From assembly GCA_963741455.1 (NCBI GenBank), contig CAVUIF010000010.1:183850-247849 (forward strand): a stretch of 64,000 bases of DNA, written 5' to 3'. Positions 19,380-26,956 of this stretch are shown in pieces. The notes under the pieces are model-generated. The model was given only the letters and a program-made list of their open reading frames with translations. It was not told the DNA's origin and ran no database searches. This stretch comes from an uncultured Thermoleophilaceae bacterium. GTDB taxonomy: Bacteria > Actinomycetota > Thermoleophilia > Solirubrobacterales > Thermoleophilaceae. The translations under genes and the position numbers were made by a program. Each line of letters begins with the position of its first letter. The stretch's first letter is position 1.

Positions 19380-20114
19380 GTGCGCTCGATCCGCGTGGCA
19401 TTCGCCGGGGACCCGCAGCTGGCCCTCGAATGCGCGCCGGCCGCTCCTGGGATCGGCACGGTGGACCTCGCCGGCCCGTCGCCCCCGGATGTCGTGCTGG
19501 CGCTCGCGCCGGAGCCGGGCGCGGTCGAGGCGCTTGCGGATTCGCCGGCCCCGGTGCTGGTCTGGCTCACCGGCGGCGGGAGCGTCCACGGCCTCCGGCC
19601 CCAGGACCGTGTGATCTCGACGGACCGCCGCCCACGTGGCGTGTGGCGCACGCTCCCGCTTCCGGTCGGGGACGCCCGCTTCGCGGCCGCCACCGGGACG
19701 GCCGCCGCGGGCCGCGCGCTGTGGCTGACCGAAGACGGCCCTAGGCGGCGGGAGTACCTCGAGCACTTCGAGCACTCCGTTGCGCTCGTCGAGCCTCCGG
19801 AGGACGCCGCGGTCGCGATCAATCTTCGTGACGACGGCGACCACGGACGGCTCACCTCCCGCGCGGCCGCCGCGCTTGCCGCGGGACGGCTGCTCGTGAG
19901 CGAGACGCTCGAGCCGTCGTTCGGCCTCGAGCCCGGCCTTGACTACCTCGAGGGGCGGGAGCTCGACGACATCTTCGTGACCGTCGAGAACGCGGCTCGC
20001 ACGCCCGAGGCCTTCCGTCGCGTGCGTATTCGCGGCCGCCGAAAAGCCGAGTGGTTCCGCGCCTCGCGGGTGATACGGAAGCTGGTCGAGGACCTCGAGC
20101 TGGAACTGCCGTGA
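19380..20114 (+). CDS. hypothetical protein (weak CgeB/DUF3880-like C-terminus)
   Basis: GTG start, 244 aa. The C-terminal part (GLEPGLDYLEGRELDDIFVTVENAARTPEAFRRVRIRGRRKAEWFRASRV) resembles glycosyltransferase-associated CgeB-type C-termini. The stop overlaps the next start (GTGA). Confidence 0.45.
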   Translation: MRSIRVAFAGDPQLALECAPAAPGIGTVDLAGPSPPDVVLALAPEPGAVEALADSPAPVLVWLTGGGSVHGLRPQDRVISTDRRPRGVWRTLPLPVGDARFAAATGTAAAGRALWLTEDGPRRREYLEHFEHSVALVEPPEDAAVAINLRDDGDHGRLTSRAAAALAAGRLLVSETLEPSFGLEPGLDYLEGRELDDIFVTVENAARTPEAFRRVRIRGRRKAEWFRASRVIRKLVEDLELELP

Positions 20115-20881
20115 CTCCCTTGGCGACGGTGCTCATGCCGGCCTTCAACGCCGAGGACACCCTGCTGGAGTCGGTGGAGTCGGTCCTCGCTCAGAGCGTC
20201 GGGGAGCTCGAGCTGATCGTCGCGGACGACGGGTCCCGGGTGCCGGTCGCCGATGTGCTGCGTGAGGTGCGCGACCCCCGCGTGCGCATCGTGCGCCGCA
20301 GGCTCAACGGAGGCACCGGGCGAGGTCGCAACGCGGGGCTCTCGCGTGCGTTGGCGCCGGTGGTCTGCCAACTCGACGCCGACGACCTGTGGGAGCGCGA
20401 CTACCTGGAGGCGGTCCTGCCGGAGTTCGAGGATCCGGCGGTTGGGCTCGTCTACGCGAACGCGACGATCCTCGGCCATCCGTTCGGCCACGAGGACTAC
20501 ATCGGCGATACGTCGATTCACCCGCGCGACCAGTTTCCCGAGCTCGCGGAGGCCAACCCCGTGCCGTGTCCCACCGCCGCGATCAGGACCGTCGCGGCTC
20601 GCTCGGTCGGCGGCTACGCCACCTGGTTGCCGGGAGTCGAGGACTGGCACATGTACATGAAGCTCGCGGCCGCCGGCTGGCGCTTCGCGTACGTGGACCG
20701 GCGGCTGGCCAAATACAGGTGGCCCTCCCCCGAGCGCGGCATCAGCTACGACACGGGGCGCCTCGAGCGCAACGTCCGCCTGGCGCTCGCCGCCCTCGCG
20801 ATCCGCCATCCACGGCTCGGAAGCGTCCGCCGCCAGCTCATCGGCCGCGTCCGCGCGGGCGGCTCGCACGGCGCTCGCTGA
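20111..20881 (+). CDS. glycosyltransferase family 2
   Basis: From GTG 20111: ATVLMPAFNAEDTLLESVESVLAQSVGELELIVADDGS...CQLDADD. Confidence 0.8.
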   Translation: MTPLATVLMPAFNAEDTLLESVESVLAQSVGELELIVADDGSRVPVADVLREVRDPRVRIVRRRLNGGTGRGRNAGLSRALAPVVCQLDADDLWERDYLEAVLPEFEDPAVGLVYANATILGHPFGHEDYIGDTSIHPRDQFPELAEANPVPCPTAAIRTVAARSVGGYATWLPGVEDWHMYMKLAAAGWRFAYVDRRLAKYRWPSPERGISYDTGRLERNVRLALAALAIRHPRLGSVRRQLIGRVRAGGSHGAR

Positions 20882-20884
20882 GCA

Positions 20885-22090
20885 ATGCGAATACTCGTCG
20901 ACCCAGGCAGCCACCACCTGCTCAACCTCGGGGACGTCGCGATGCTCGAGGTATGCGTCGAGCGGCTTCGGGCACGCTGGCCCGCGGCTCGCGTGGAGGT
21001 GCTCACCACCGCACCCGGCCTCCTCGAGCGCCACGTGCCGGGTGCTGTGCCGCTCCCGGCGGCCGGCCGCTACTCCTGGCTGCGCCAGCCCGAATCGAGA
21101 GGACGGCGCTCCCCGGAGCTGAGAGCCGCCCACGCGCTTCCCGCGCGCTTCACGAGGCCACTGCTTCGGACCGAGCGGGCGAGGCGGGGACGGCGGGACC
21201 TCGAGCTGCGGCAGTTTCTCGACGCCCTCCTCGGCGCAGACCTGTTCGTGATGAGCGGGCGCGGGGGCATCGGGGACGCGTTCCCGGACGAGACGGTCGC
21301 GGTGCTCGAGGAGCTGCGTGCCGCGAACGCGCTCGGCGTGCCCTGCGCGCTGCTGAGCCAGGGGATCGGCCCCCTCGAGGACTCCGGCCTGCGCCGCACG
21401 GCCGCGAGGGTGCTGCCGTCAGCCGACCTGGTTGCCGTACGCGAGGGCCGCACCGGCCCGCGGCTTCTCGATGAGCTGGGCGTGCCGGCGGATCGGGTGA
21501 TCGTGACCGGTGACGACGCGCTCGCGCTCGTGCCCGAGCGCCCCCCGGCCGCGGGCCAGGCGGTGGGTGCTGGCATCCGCATCTCGCCCTACTCCGGCAT
21601 GCCGGCGGAGACGGCGCAACGCCTGAGCAGCGCGGTCACGTCACTGGCCCGCGGGCTCGGCGCCGCGGTCGAGCCGCTTCCGGTATCTCGCCACCCCGCC
21701 GAGGCGGACGCGGCCGCGCTCGGGAGTCGTGCGGCCGACCAGCCGGAAACGCCCGCCGACCTGATCGCGCGGATCGGGGGCTGCCGCGTCGTCGTGAGCG
21801 GCAGCTACCACGCCGCCGTCTTCGCGCTCGGCCAGGGCGTGCCGGCGGTCTGCGTGGCCACCTCGCCCTACTACCGCGACAAGTTCCTTGGCCTGCGCTC
21901 GCAGTTCGGCGACGCATGCGAGGTCGTCCTCCTCGAAGGAGATGCCGCGCTCGAGCGCGTCGCCGATCTCGCCGCCCGCGCGTACAGGGCATGGCCGTCG
22001 CAGCGGGAGCAGCTCCTGCGCGCAGCGCGCGCACAGCGCGCCGCCGGCCTGACCGCCTACAGCCGGCTCGGCGAGCTCGTCGCGCCCTGA
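20885..22090 (+). CDS. polysaccharide pyruvyl transferase family protein (CsaB/WcaK-like)
   Basis: MRILVDPGSHHLLNLGDVAMLEVCVERL...GGIGDAF...RVVVSGSYHAAVFALGQGVPAVCVATSPYYRDKFLGL matches the PS_pyruv_trans pattern. Confidence 0.75.
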   Translation: MRILVDPGSHHLLNLGDVAMLEVCVERLRARWPAARVEVLTTAPGLLERHVPGAVPLPAAGRYSWLRQPESRGRRSPELRAAHALPARFTRPLLRTERARRGRRDLELRQFLDALLGADLFVMSGRGGIGDAFPDETVAVLEELRAANALGVPCALLSQGIGPLEDSGLRRTAARVLPSADLVAVREGRTGPRLLDELGVPADRVIVTGDDALALVPERPPAAGQAVGAGIRISPYSGMPAETAQRLSSAVTSLARGLGAAVEPLPVSRHPAEADAAALGSRAADQPETPADLIARIGGCRVVVSGSYHAAVFALGQGVPAVCVATSPYYRDKFLGLRSQFGDACEVVLLEGDAALERVADLAARAYRAWPSQREQLLRAARAQRAAGLTAYSRLGELVAP

Positions 22091-23940
22091 CCCCAGCGCC
22101 GCGCCCAGCGCAGCGCGGGCCGTGCGATGCCGCGCCGGCCGGTGGCCGGCGCGTGGTCCTCGATATACCCGAGCAGCTCCGGCTCTCCGTAGCCCAGGGC
22201 GACCGGTTCGTGCGGCTCGGTCGTGAGGAGGACGTCGGGAAGCGCGGGGTGGGGCGCGGCGAACAGCGCCAGACGCCCGGGCCCACCGTCCCGGTGCAGC
22301 CACCCCGCGATCCGTGTCCCGTTCGCCTCCGGCTCTCGCCGGCCGCGGAGCGCATCGCGCGACCGTCGCGCCACCGACCTCGCCCGGGGGACGGGTCCCG
22401 CGAGGTCTCGCCACCGAAGCGGGGACATCACCCAGCGTGCGGCTTCCCGGCGAGACCGCGCTCGCGAGCCATCCGCGAGCATCGGCGCGCCGGCCTCATC
22501 CAGAAGCAGCGGGACGCCGCCCTCGCGCGGCTCGGCCGCGAGCAACGCGCCCAGCTCTCCGATGAAGGTGCCGGGCGGCACGACGCCCGCTCCGTATGCG
22601 TGGCGCCTTTCGTCCTCGTCCACGGTCACGAGCAGGCCGATCCGTCCCTCGGGCACATCTCGCGGCGGCGGCCACGAGCCGTCAAGCTCCCGGATCTCCG
22701 CGCGCGGGAACTCGGGGCCGGCGGCCCGCGGCGGGTAGGGGTCGCCCGCCGAGACGGCTCTCAACAGGCGTTCCTGGTGCACGGCGATGGTGGACGGCCC
22801 GGGATTCAGGGGCACGCGACTCGAGTTGCGCAGCAGCTCCGCGATCGCGTCGCGCAGCGGTTCGTTCTCTGCAGTCGGCTCGAGCGCGGCGAACGCCGAG
22901 TTCCAGCCAAGCCTGGTCACGAGCGGCGGGAGCGCCAGGGCGCGCACCGCGTCCAGGTCGACGTGCTTGGGGAAGGCGGCAGAGCGCCCGCCCCCGCCGG
23001 CCGCTTGGAGGCACGCCATGGTGAGCAGGCACTTGGAGCAGCTTCCGCAGTTGGTCGCGCTGTCGCCACCGAAGCAGACGAACAGGTGGTCGAGCAGCTC
23101 GGGACGCTCCTGGACGATGTGAGCGAGCTTGCCGGGCCGGCCGAGGGCGGCGCTGTCGTGCGCCACCTCGACCCGCTCGGTCGACCACAGCGGATCCAGC
23201 TGAGGGTGCGACCCGCGCGGAAGGAAGTTCCCGTGGTCGACGTTCGAGGCGAGCGTGAAGCGGCCGTAGGCGCCCGGCAGCGACAGGCCGAGCATGGCGA
23301 GCGTGGCTCCGTGCGCGTCGATCCAGTCGAGGACCCGCCACATCACCTCGCGCACATTCGTGCCCACGACGATCACATCGAGGCCCACCACGGCGGCGGC
23401 GCGCCGCGCCGCATCCACGAGCTCCCGCTCGGTGCTCTCGCTGTCCCCCGGGTCCCAACCCGTGGAGAACACGAGCGCGGTCAACCGCTCGCTCGGATGA
23501 CGCGGGGCGATCGCGCTGTACGTGGAGTCGACACCGCGTGAGAAGCCGCAGCCGTGACCCGGCCGTGGGGCACCGGGATCGAGCGCGCGCGCGGCCCGCA
23601 CCGGAACGCGCGTCAGCCCGGGGTCCCACGCGCTCAGCAGCTGCTGGGCCTCGGGCAGCTGGCCCATGAGCCGCGGCGAGACGGGCCCGTCGAGCTGAAG
23701 CGGCTCGCTGCGCTTCATCGCGAGCATGGTCGCCACCGGCACGAAGGGACTGAGGTCGTCGTCGGCCGGCGCGTAGGCGGCGGGCGCGCGAACCCAGAGG
23801 CGGGTCTCGCCTCCGACCCAGGAGAGGCGCACCGACCGGACCAGGTCGTCCCCGACCTGCTCCGCCTTGAGGTCCTCGACACGCACGCGGCCGAGGATCC
23901 TAAGGAACCGGTCCGAGCTTCCCGTTGTAGTTACAGGCAC
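22057..23940 (-). CDS. hypothetical protein with QueC/PP-loop-like ATP-pyrophosphatase features in the N-terminal half
   Basis: GCGFSRGVDSTYSAI resembles a degenerate SGGxDS PP-loop. About 190 aa later, FVCFGGDSATNCGSCSKCLLTMACL resembles the CxxCxxC zinc site of QueC-like enzymes. The C-terminal ~250 aa are unassignable. The GTG start at 23940 is doubtful because it abuts the divergent sigma gene. Confidence 0.45.
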   Translation of the reverse strand: MPVTTTGSSDRFLRILGRVRVEDLKAEQVGDDLVRSVRLSWVGGETRLWVRAPAAYAPADDDLSPFVPVATMLAMKRSEPLQLDGPVSPRLMGQLPEAQQLLSAWDPGLTRVPVRAARALDPGAPRPGHGCGFSRGVDSTYSAIAPRHPSERLTALVFSTGWDPGDSESTERELVDAARRAAAVVGLDVIVVGTNVREVMWRVLDWIDAHGATLAMLGLSLPGAYGRFTLASNVDHGNFLPRGSHPQLDPLWSTERVEVAHDSAALGRPGKLAHIVQERPELLDHLFVCFGGDSATNCGSCSKCLLTMACLQAAGGGGRSAAFPKHVDLDAVRALALPPLVTRLGWNSAFAALEPTAENEPLRDAIAELLRNSSRVPLNPGPSTIAVHQERLLRAVSAGDPYPPRAAGPEFPRAEIRELDGSWPPPRDVPEGRIGLLVTVDEDERRHAYGAGVVPPGTFIGELGALLAAEPREGGVPLLLDEAGAPMLADGSRARSRREAARWVMSPLRWRDLAGPVPRARSVARRSRDALRGRREPEANGTRIAGWLHRDGGPGRLALFAAPHPALPDVLLTTEPHEPVALGYGEPELLGYIEDHAPATGRRGIARPALRWARRWGQGATSSPSRL

Positions 23941-23941
23941 G

Positions 23942-24505
23942 GTGGAGGACCGGCCACCACAGGAGGCGGAGCTCGTGGCTCGCGCGAAGCGCGGCTTGCC
24001 TGACGCCTACGAGGAGCTTGTGAGAGTGCACCAGACGATCGCGTTCCGGACCGCGTGGGTGATCACGCGCTCCGCCGCAGACGCCGAGGAGGCCGCCCAG
24101 GACGCCTTCGTGAAGGCGCACGCCGCGCTGTCCCGGTTTCGCGAGGGAGCGCCCTTCCGGCCCTGGCTGCTCGCGATCGTGGCCAACGAGGCACGCAACC
24201 GCGTGCGGTCGGCAGGCCGCCGCGACCGGCTCGCGAGGCGCGTGGTCGAGGAGCGCCGCCCGGACGACGCGGTCCCGTCGCCCGAGGCGGCGCTCCTCGA
24301 CTCCGAGCGCCGCGAGTCGCTGCTCGCCGCGATCGACCGGCTGCCCGACGGAGCGCGCGAGGCGATCGCGTGCCGCTACCTGCTGGAGCTCTCCGAGGAG
24401 GAGACCGCGGCCGCTCTCGACTGCCCGCGCGGCACCGTGAAGTCGCGCGTGTCGAGGGCACTCGAGCGGCTGCGCGCGGAGCTCGGCGAGGAGGTGGAGG
24501 CATGA
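23942..24505 (+). CDS. ECF-type RNA polymerase sigma-70 factor
   Basis: Region 2 LVARAKRGLPDAYEELVRVHQTIAFRTAWVITRSAADAEEAAQDAFVKA; region 4 LPDGAREAIACRYLLELSEEETAAALDCPRGTVKSRVSRALERL. A start at GTG 23942 is more likely than 23867. Confidence 0.85.
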   Translation: MEDRPPQEAELVARAKRGLPDAYEELVRVHQTIAFRTAWVITRSAADAEEAAQDAFVKAHAALSRFREGAPFRPWLLAIVANEARNRVRSAGRRDRLARRVVEERRPDDAVPSPEAALLDSERRESLLAAIDRLPDGAREAIACRYLLELSEEETAAALDCPRGTVKSRVSRALERLRAELGEEVEA

Positions 24506-25266
24506 CCGACCTCGAGCGGCAGCTCACCGCGCTCGGCCGCGAGCTCGACTGGCCGGCGACGCCGGCGCTCGCCTCCTCGGTCCGCCGGCGCATCGAGACC
24601 CCCTCGCGGCCGCGGCGCCCGGCTCTCTTCCGGCAGATCCTTCGCGATCGCGGTCGCGGCGCTGCTGATCCTGGCCGGGGGCGTCGTGGCGGCCGTCCCG
24701 AGCGTGCGCGACTCGGTGCTCGAGTTCTTCGGGCTTCAGGGCGCGACCGTCGAGCGGCGCGAGCAGCTTCCGCCCGCTGCCCGAGTCGGCTCCGCTCGAC
24801 CTCGGCGAGCGCACCACGCTCGACGACGCGCGCGGAGTCACTCCGCTTCGACCCGCTCGTCCCGAGCGCCGCGGGCCCGCCCGACGGCGTGTTCGTGAGC
24901 GACGAGGCGCCGGGCGGCGAGCTGTCGCTCACCTATCGCGCGAGCGACGAGCTGCCCGAGGCGGGCAGCACCGGGCTCGGCCTCCTCGTCACCGAGTTCC
25001 GCGGCGACCTCTCGCCGCAGTACACCGGCAAGATCGCCGGCGAGGCGACGCTCGTGGAGACGCTGCGCGTGGACGGCGAGCGCGCGATCTGGCTCGAGGG
25101 CGCGCCCCACTTCTTCTTCTACCGCCGTGGCGACGAGGAGATCGTCGAGGACCAGCTCCGCATCGCCGAGAACGTGCTGCTCGTGGAGCAGGGCAACCTG
25201 CTCGTCCGCCTGGAGGGCGCGTTCGACCGCGAGCAGGCCGTGCGGCTGGCGCGCTCGCTCCGCTAG
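24502..25266 (+). CDS. anti-sigma factor-like membrane protein (DUF4367-like C-terminus), about 3 apparent +1 frameshifts
   Basis: ATG 24502 overlaps the sigma stop (ATGA). MTDLERQLTALGRELDWPATPALASSV is in one frame, the TM segment FAIAVAALLILAGGVVAAVPSVRDSVLEFFGLQGATVER in the next, LPESAPLDLGERTTLDDAR in the third, then SLRFDPLVPS...LVRLEGAFDREQAVRLARSLR back in the first. Confidence 0.6.
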   Translation: MTDLERQLTALGRELDWPATPALASSVRRRIETPSRPRRPALFRQILRDRGRGAADPGRGRRGGRPERARLGARVLRASGRDRRAARAASARCPSRLRSTSASAPRSTTRAESLRFDPLVPSAAGPPDGVFVSDEAPGGELSLTYRASDELPEAGSTGLGLLVTEFRGDLSPQYTGKIAGEATLVETLRVDGERAIWLEGAPHFFFYRRGDEEIVEDQLRIAENVLLVEQGNLLVRLEGAFDREQAVRLARSLR

Positions 25267-25748
25267 TTGCTGTCGAGCAGCCGCTTCACGGGCCACGCGA
25301 ACCAGAGCCCGGCGAACGTGAGCCCGACGGCCGCGCCGACGATCGTCACCGTCGTCTCCTTGTAGAGGAGGTCGGTGATGAGCGTGACGGCGCCGGTCAT
25401 CGCGGCGGCGAGGAGCGCAAGGCCCGCGATGGCGAGCCTGGTCGCCTGGAAGACGATCCGCTTCTTGTCCTGCGCCCGGAACTCGATGCGGTGGTGCGCG
25501 GTGGGCGCGATGAGGCACGCCGAGGCGGCGGTGGCGAGGAGCAGCGTCACGAAGTAGGTCGTGCGCTGGAAGTTCGTGATGTCGGCGAAGCTCTGCTGGA
25601 ACGGCACGACGAGCAGGAACGCGAACAGCACCTGCACGCCCGGCAGCGCGACGCGTAGCTCGCCGAGCAGCTCCTGAAGGTTGCGGTCGAGCCGCTCCTT
25701 CTCGGTCTCCTCGCGGCCCTTGTCGTCTTGATGTACCGGAGCGTCCAT
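25263..25748 (-). CDS. DUF6328-family membrane protein
   Basis: ERLDRNLQELLGELRVALPGVQVLFAFLLVVPFQQSF...TAHHRIEFR pattern plus 3-4 TM helices. Confidence 0.65.
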   Translation of the reverse strand: MDAPVHQDDKGREETEKERLDRNLQELLGELRVALPGVQVLFAFLLVVPFQQSFADITNFQRTTYFVTLLLATAASACLIAPTAHHRIEFRAQDKKRIVFQATRLAIAGLALLAAAMTGAVTLITDLLYKETTVTIVGAAVGLTFAGLWFAWPVKRLLDSN

Positions 25749-25806
25749 GTGTGGAAAGGAAACAGAAACGCCCGCCCGCCGGAGTCCGGCGGGCGGGCGC
25801 TGAGGA

Positions 25807-26686
25807 CTAGCGGGAGCGCGCCCGCGAGCTCTTCGCCCGCGTGCTGCCGGACTTGGCGCGCGTGCTGCCGGACTTGGCGCGCGTGGAGCCGGACTTGGCG
25901 CGCGACGAACTGGACTTCGCGCGCGACGAGCTCGACTTCGCCCGCGTGGAGCTCGACTTCGCGCGCGTCGAGCTGGACTTCGCCCGCGACGTGCTCGCCT
26001 TCGCCCGCGTGGAGCGGCTCCGCGAGGAGCTCGCCTTCGCGCGGGACGAGCCGGAGCCGTTCGACGAGCTCCTCGACCGGCTCGACGACGCGCGGCGGCG
26101 TCCGCCGGACGACCCGTTGCGGCGCTCGGCCGCGGGGATCTCCTCGCGCGCGACCGCCTTCGCGAGCTGCGCGATCTGCTTCTCGAGGAACTTCGCCATC
26201 TTCTCCTCGTCGCGGCGAATGCCCTTGCGCGAGCCTCGCCGTCTCCTTGTCGCCGACGGTGTCGGCGAGTGCCTCGATGCTGGTGTAGAAGCCGATCTCC
26301 TCGAACTCGTTGTGGTACTCGGTCCGGGCGTTCTTCAGCATCTTCTCGGCCTGGCCCGTGCCGCGGATCGCGTGCAGCGGGCCCTGGGCCGCGGCGACGG
26401 CCTTGCTTGCAAGAGAGGTCGCGGTGGTCGCCGCCTCTGTCACCACGTCGGGACCGCGCGACACCGGTCCGGCCTCGGCCTTGCCGCCGAGCTCCTTGAT
26501 CCGCCGCTTCACGTCGCGCGCGTGACCCTTCGTCTCCTTGAGGTGCTCCTGAAGACGCTTCTTGTACGGCGTCTTCGTCGTCATGGCGATGTGAGCCTGG
26601 AGCGCGGTCTCGAGCTCCTTCTCCTTGCCATAGGCCTCGTTGAGGTACTGGATCAGTTTCGTGTCCCTGGCGTTGGGATCCGCCAT
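25807..26686 (-). CDS. DUF892 (YciE/YciF ferritin-like) protein with repeat-encoded Ser/Arg/Lys-rich C-terminal tail (apparent +1 frameshift at 26221-26224)
   Basis: MADPNARDTKLIQYLNEAYGKEKELETALQAHIAMT...HLKETKGHARDVKRRIKELG is the DUF892 signature, with a strong SD (AAGGAGG) upstream. After CAA GGG C ATT the protein continues in ORF 25807-26199 (IRRDEEKMAKFLEKQIAQLAKAV...), ending in (S/T)RAKS(S/G)S heptads. Confidence 0.75.
25831..26055. repeat. 21-bp tandem repeat, ~10 imperfect copies (CTTSGCSCGCGWSSWGCYSGA-like), coding
   Basis: Direct reading: cttcgcccgcgtgctgccgga / cttggcgcgcgtgctgccgga / cttggcgcgcgtggagccgga / cttggcgcgcgacgaactgga / cttcgcgcgcgacgagctcga and so on. It encodes the heptad tail of the DUF892 protein on the minus strand. 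Confidence 0.85.
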
Positions 26687-26774
26687 TGGTCTTGTTGCCT
26701 CCTTAGGGGGTTACAGGGGGTGTGCGTACCCGGTGGGCAGCGTGCGCAACCTCGCGGCGGGGTACGGTCGAGAC

Positions 26775-26945
26775 ATGAGCAACTTGGACGACGACGACGA
26801 TTGGACGGGCACACCGCCGGAGGGACATCACTCGGCGTCGCGGGCGAACCCCGGCTTCTGGGCCGAGAACCGCACGCCGATGTCGATCACCGGCATCGGC
26901 GTGGGCGCCGCGCTGATCGTGCTCCTGATCGTCTGGCTGCTCTGA
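26775..26945 (+). CDS. small hypothetical membrane protein (56 aa)
   Basis: ATG 26775: MSNLDDDDDWTGTPPEGHHSASRANPGFWAENRTPMSITGIGVGAALIVLLIVWLL, an acidic N-terminus plus one C-terminal TM. No family assignment. Confidence 0.35.
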   Translation: MSNLDDDDDWTGTPPEGHHSASRANPGFWAENRTPMSITGIGVGAALIVLLIVWLL

Positions 26946-26956
26946 GCGCGCTCAGA
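26941..26956. terminator. perfect 16-bp palindrome TCTGAGCGCGCTCAGA containing both convergent stop codons (possible short bidirectional hairpin)
   Basis: TGA of the plus-strand small ORF (26943-26945) and TGA of typA (complement of 26952-26954) lie in the two arms of the palindrome. There is no U-tract, so terminator function is speculative. Confidence 0.25.

Noticed and set aside
25831-26055. 21-bp tandem repeat as a CRISPR-like or regulatory element
   Set aside because: There are no unique spacers. The repeat is in frame with, and extends, the DUF892 coding sequence as a heptad tail.
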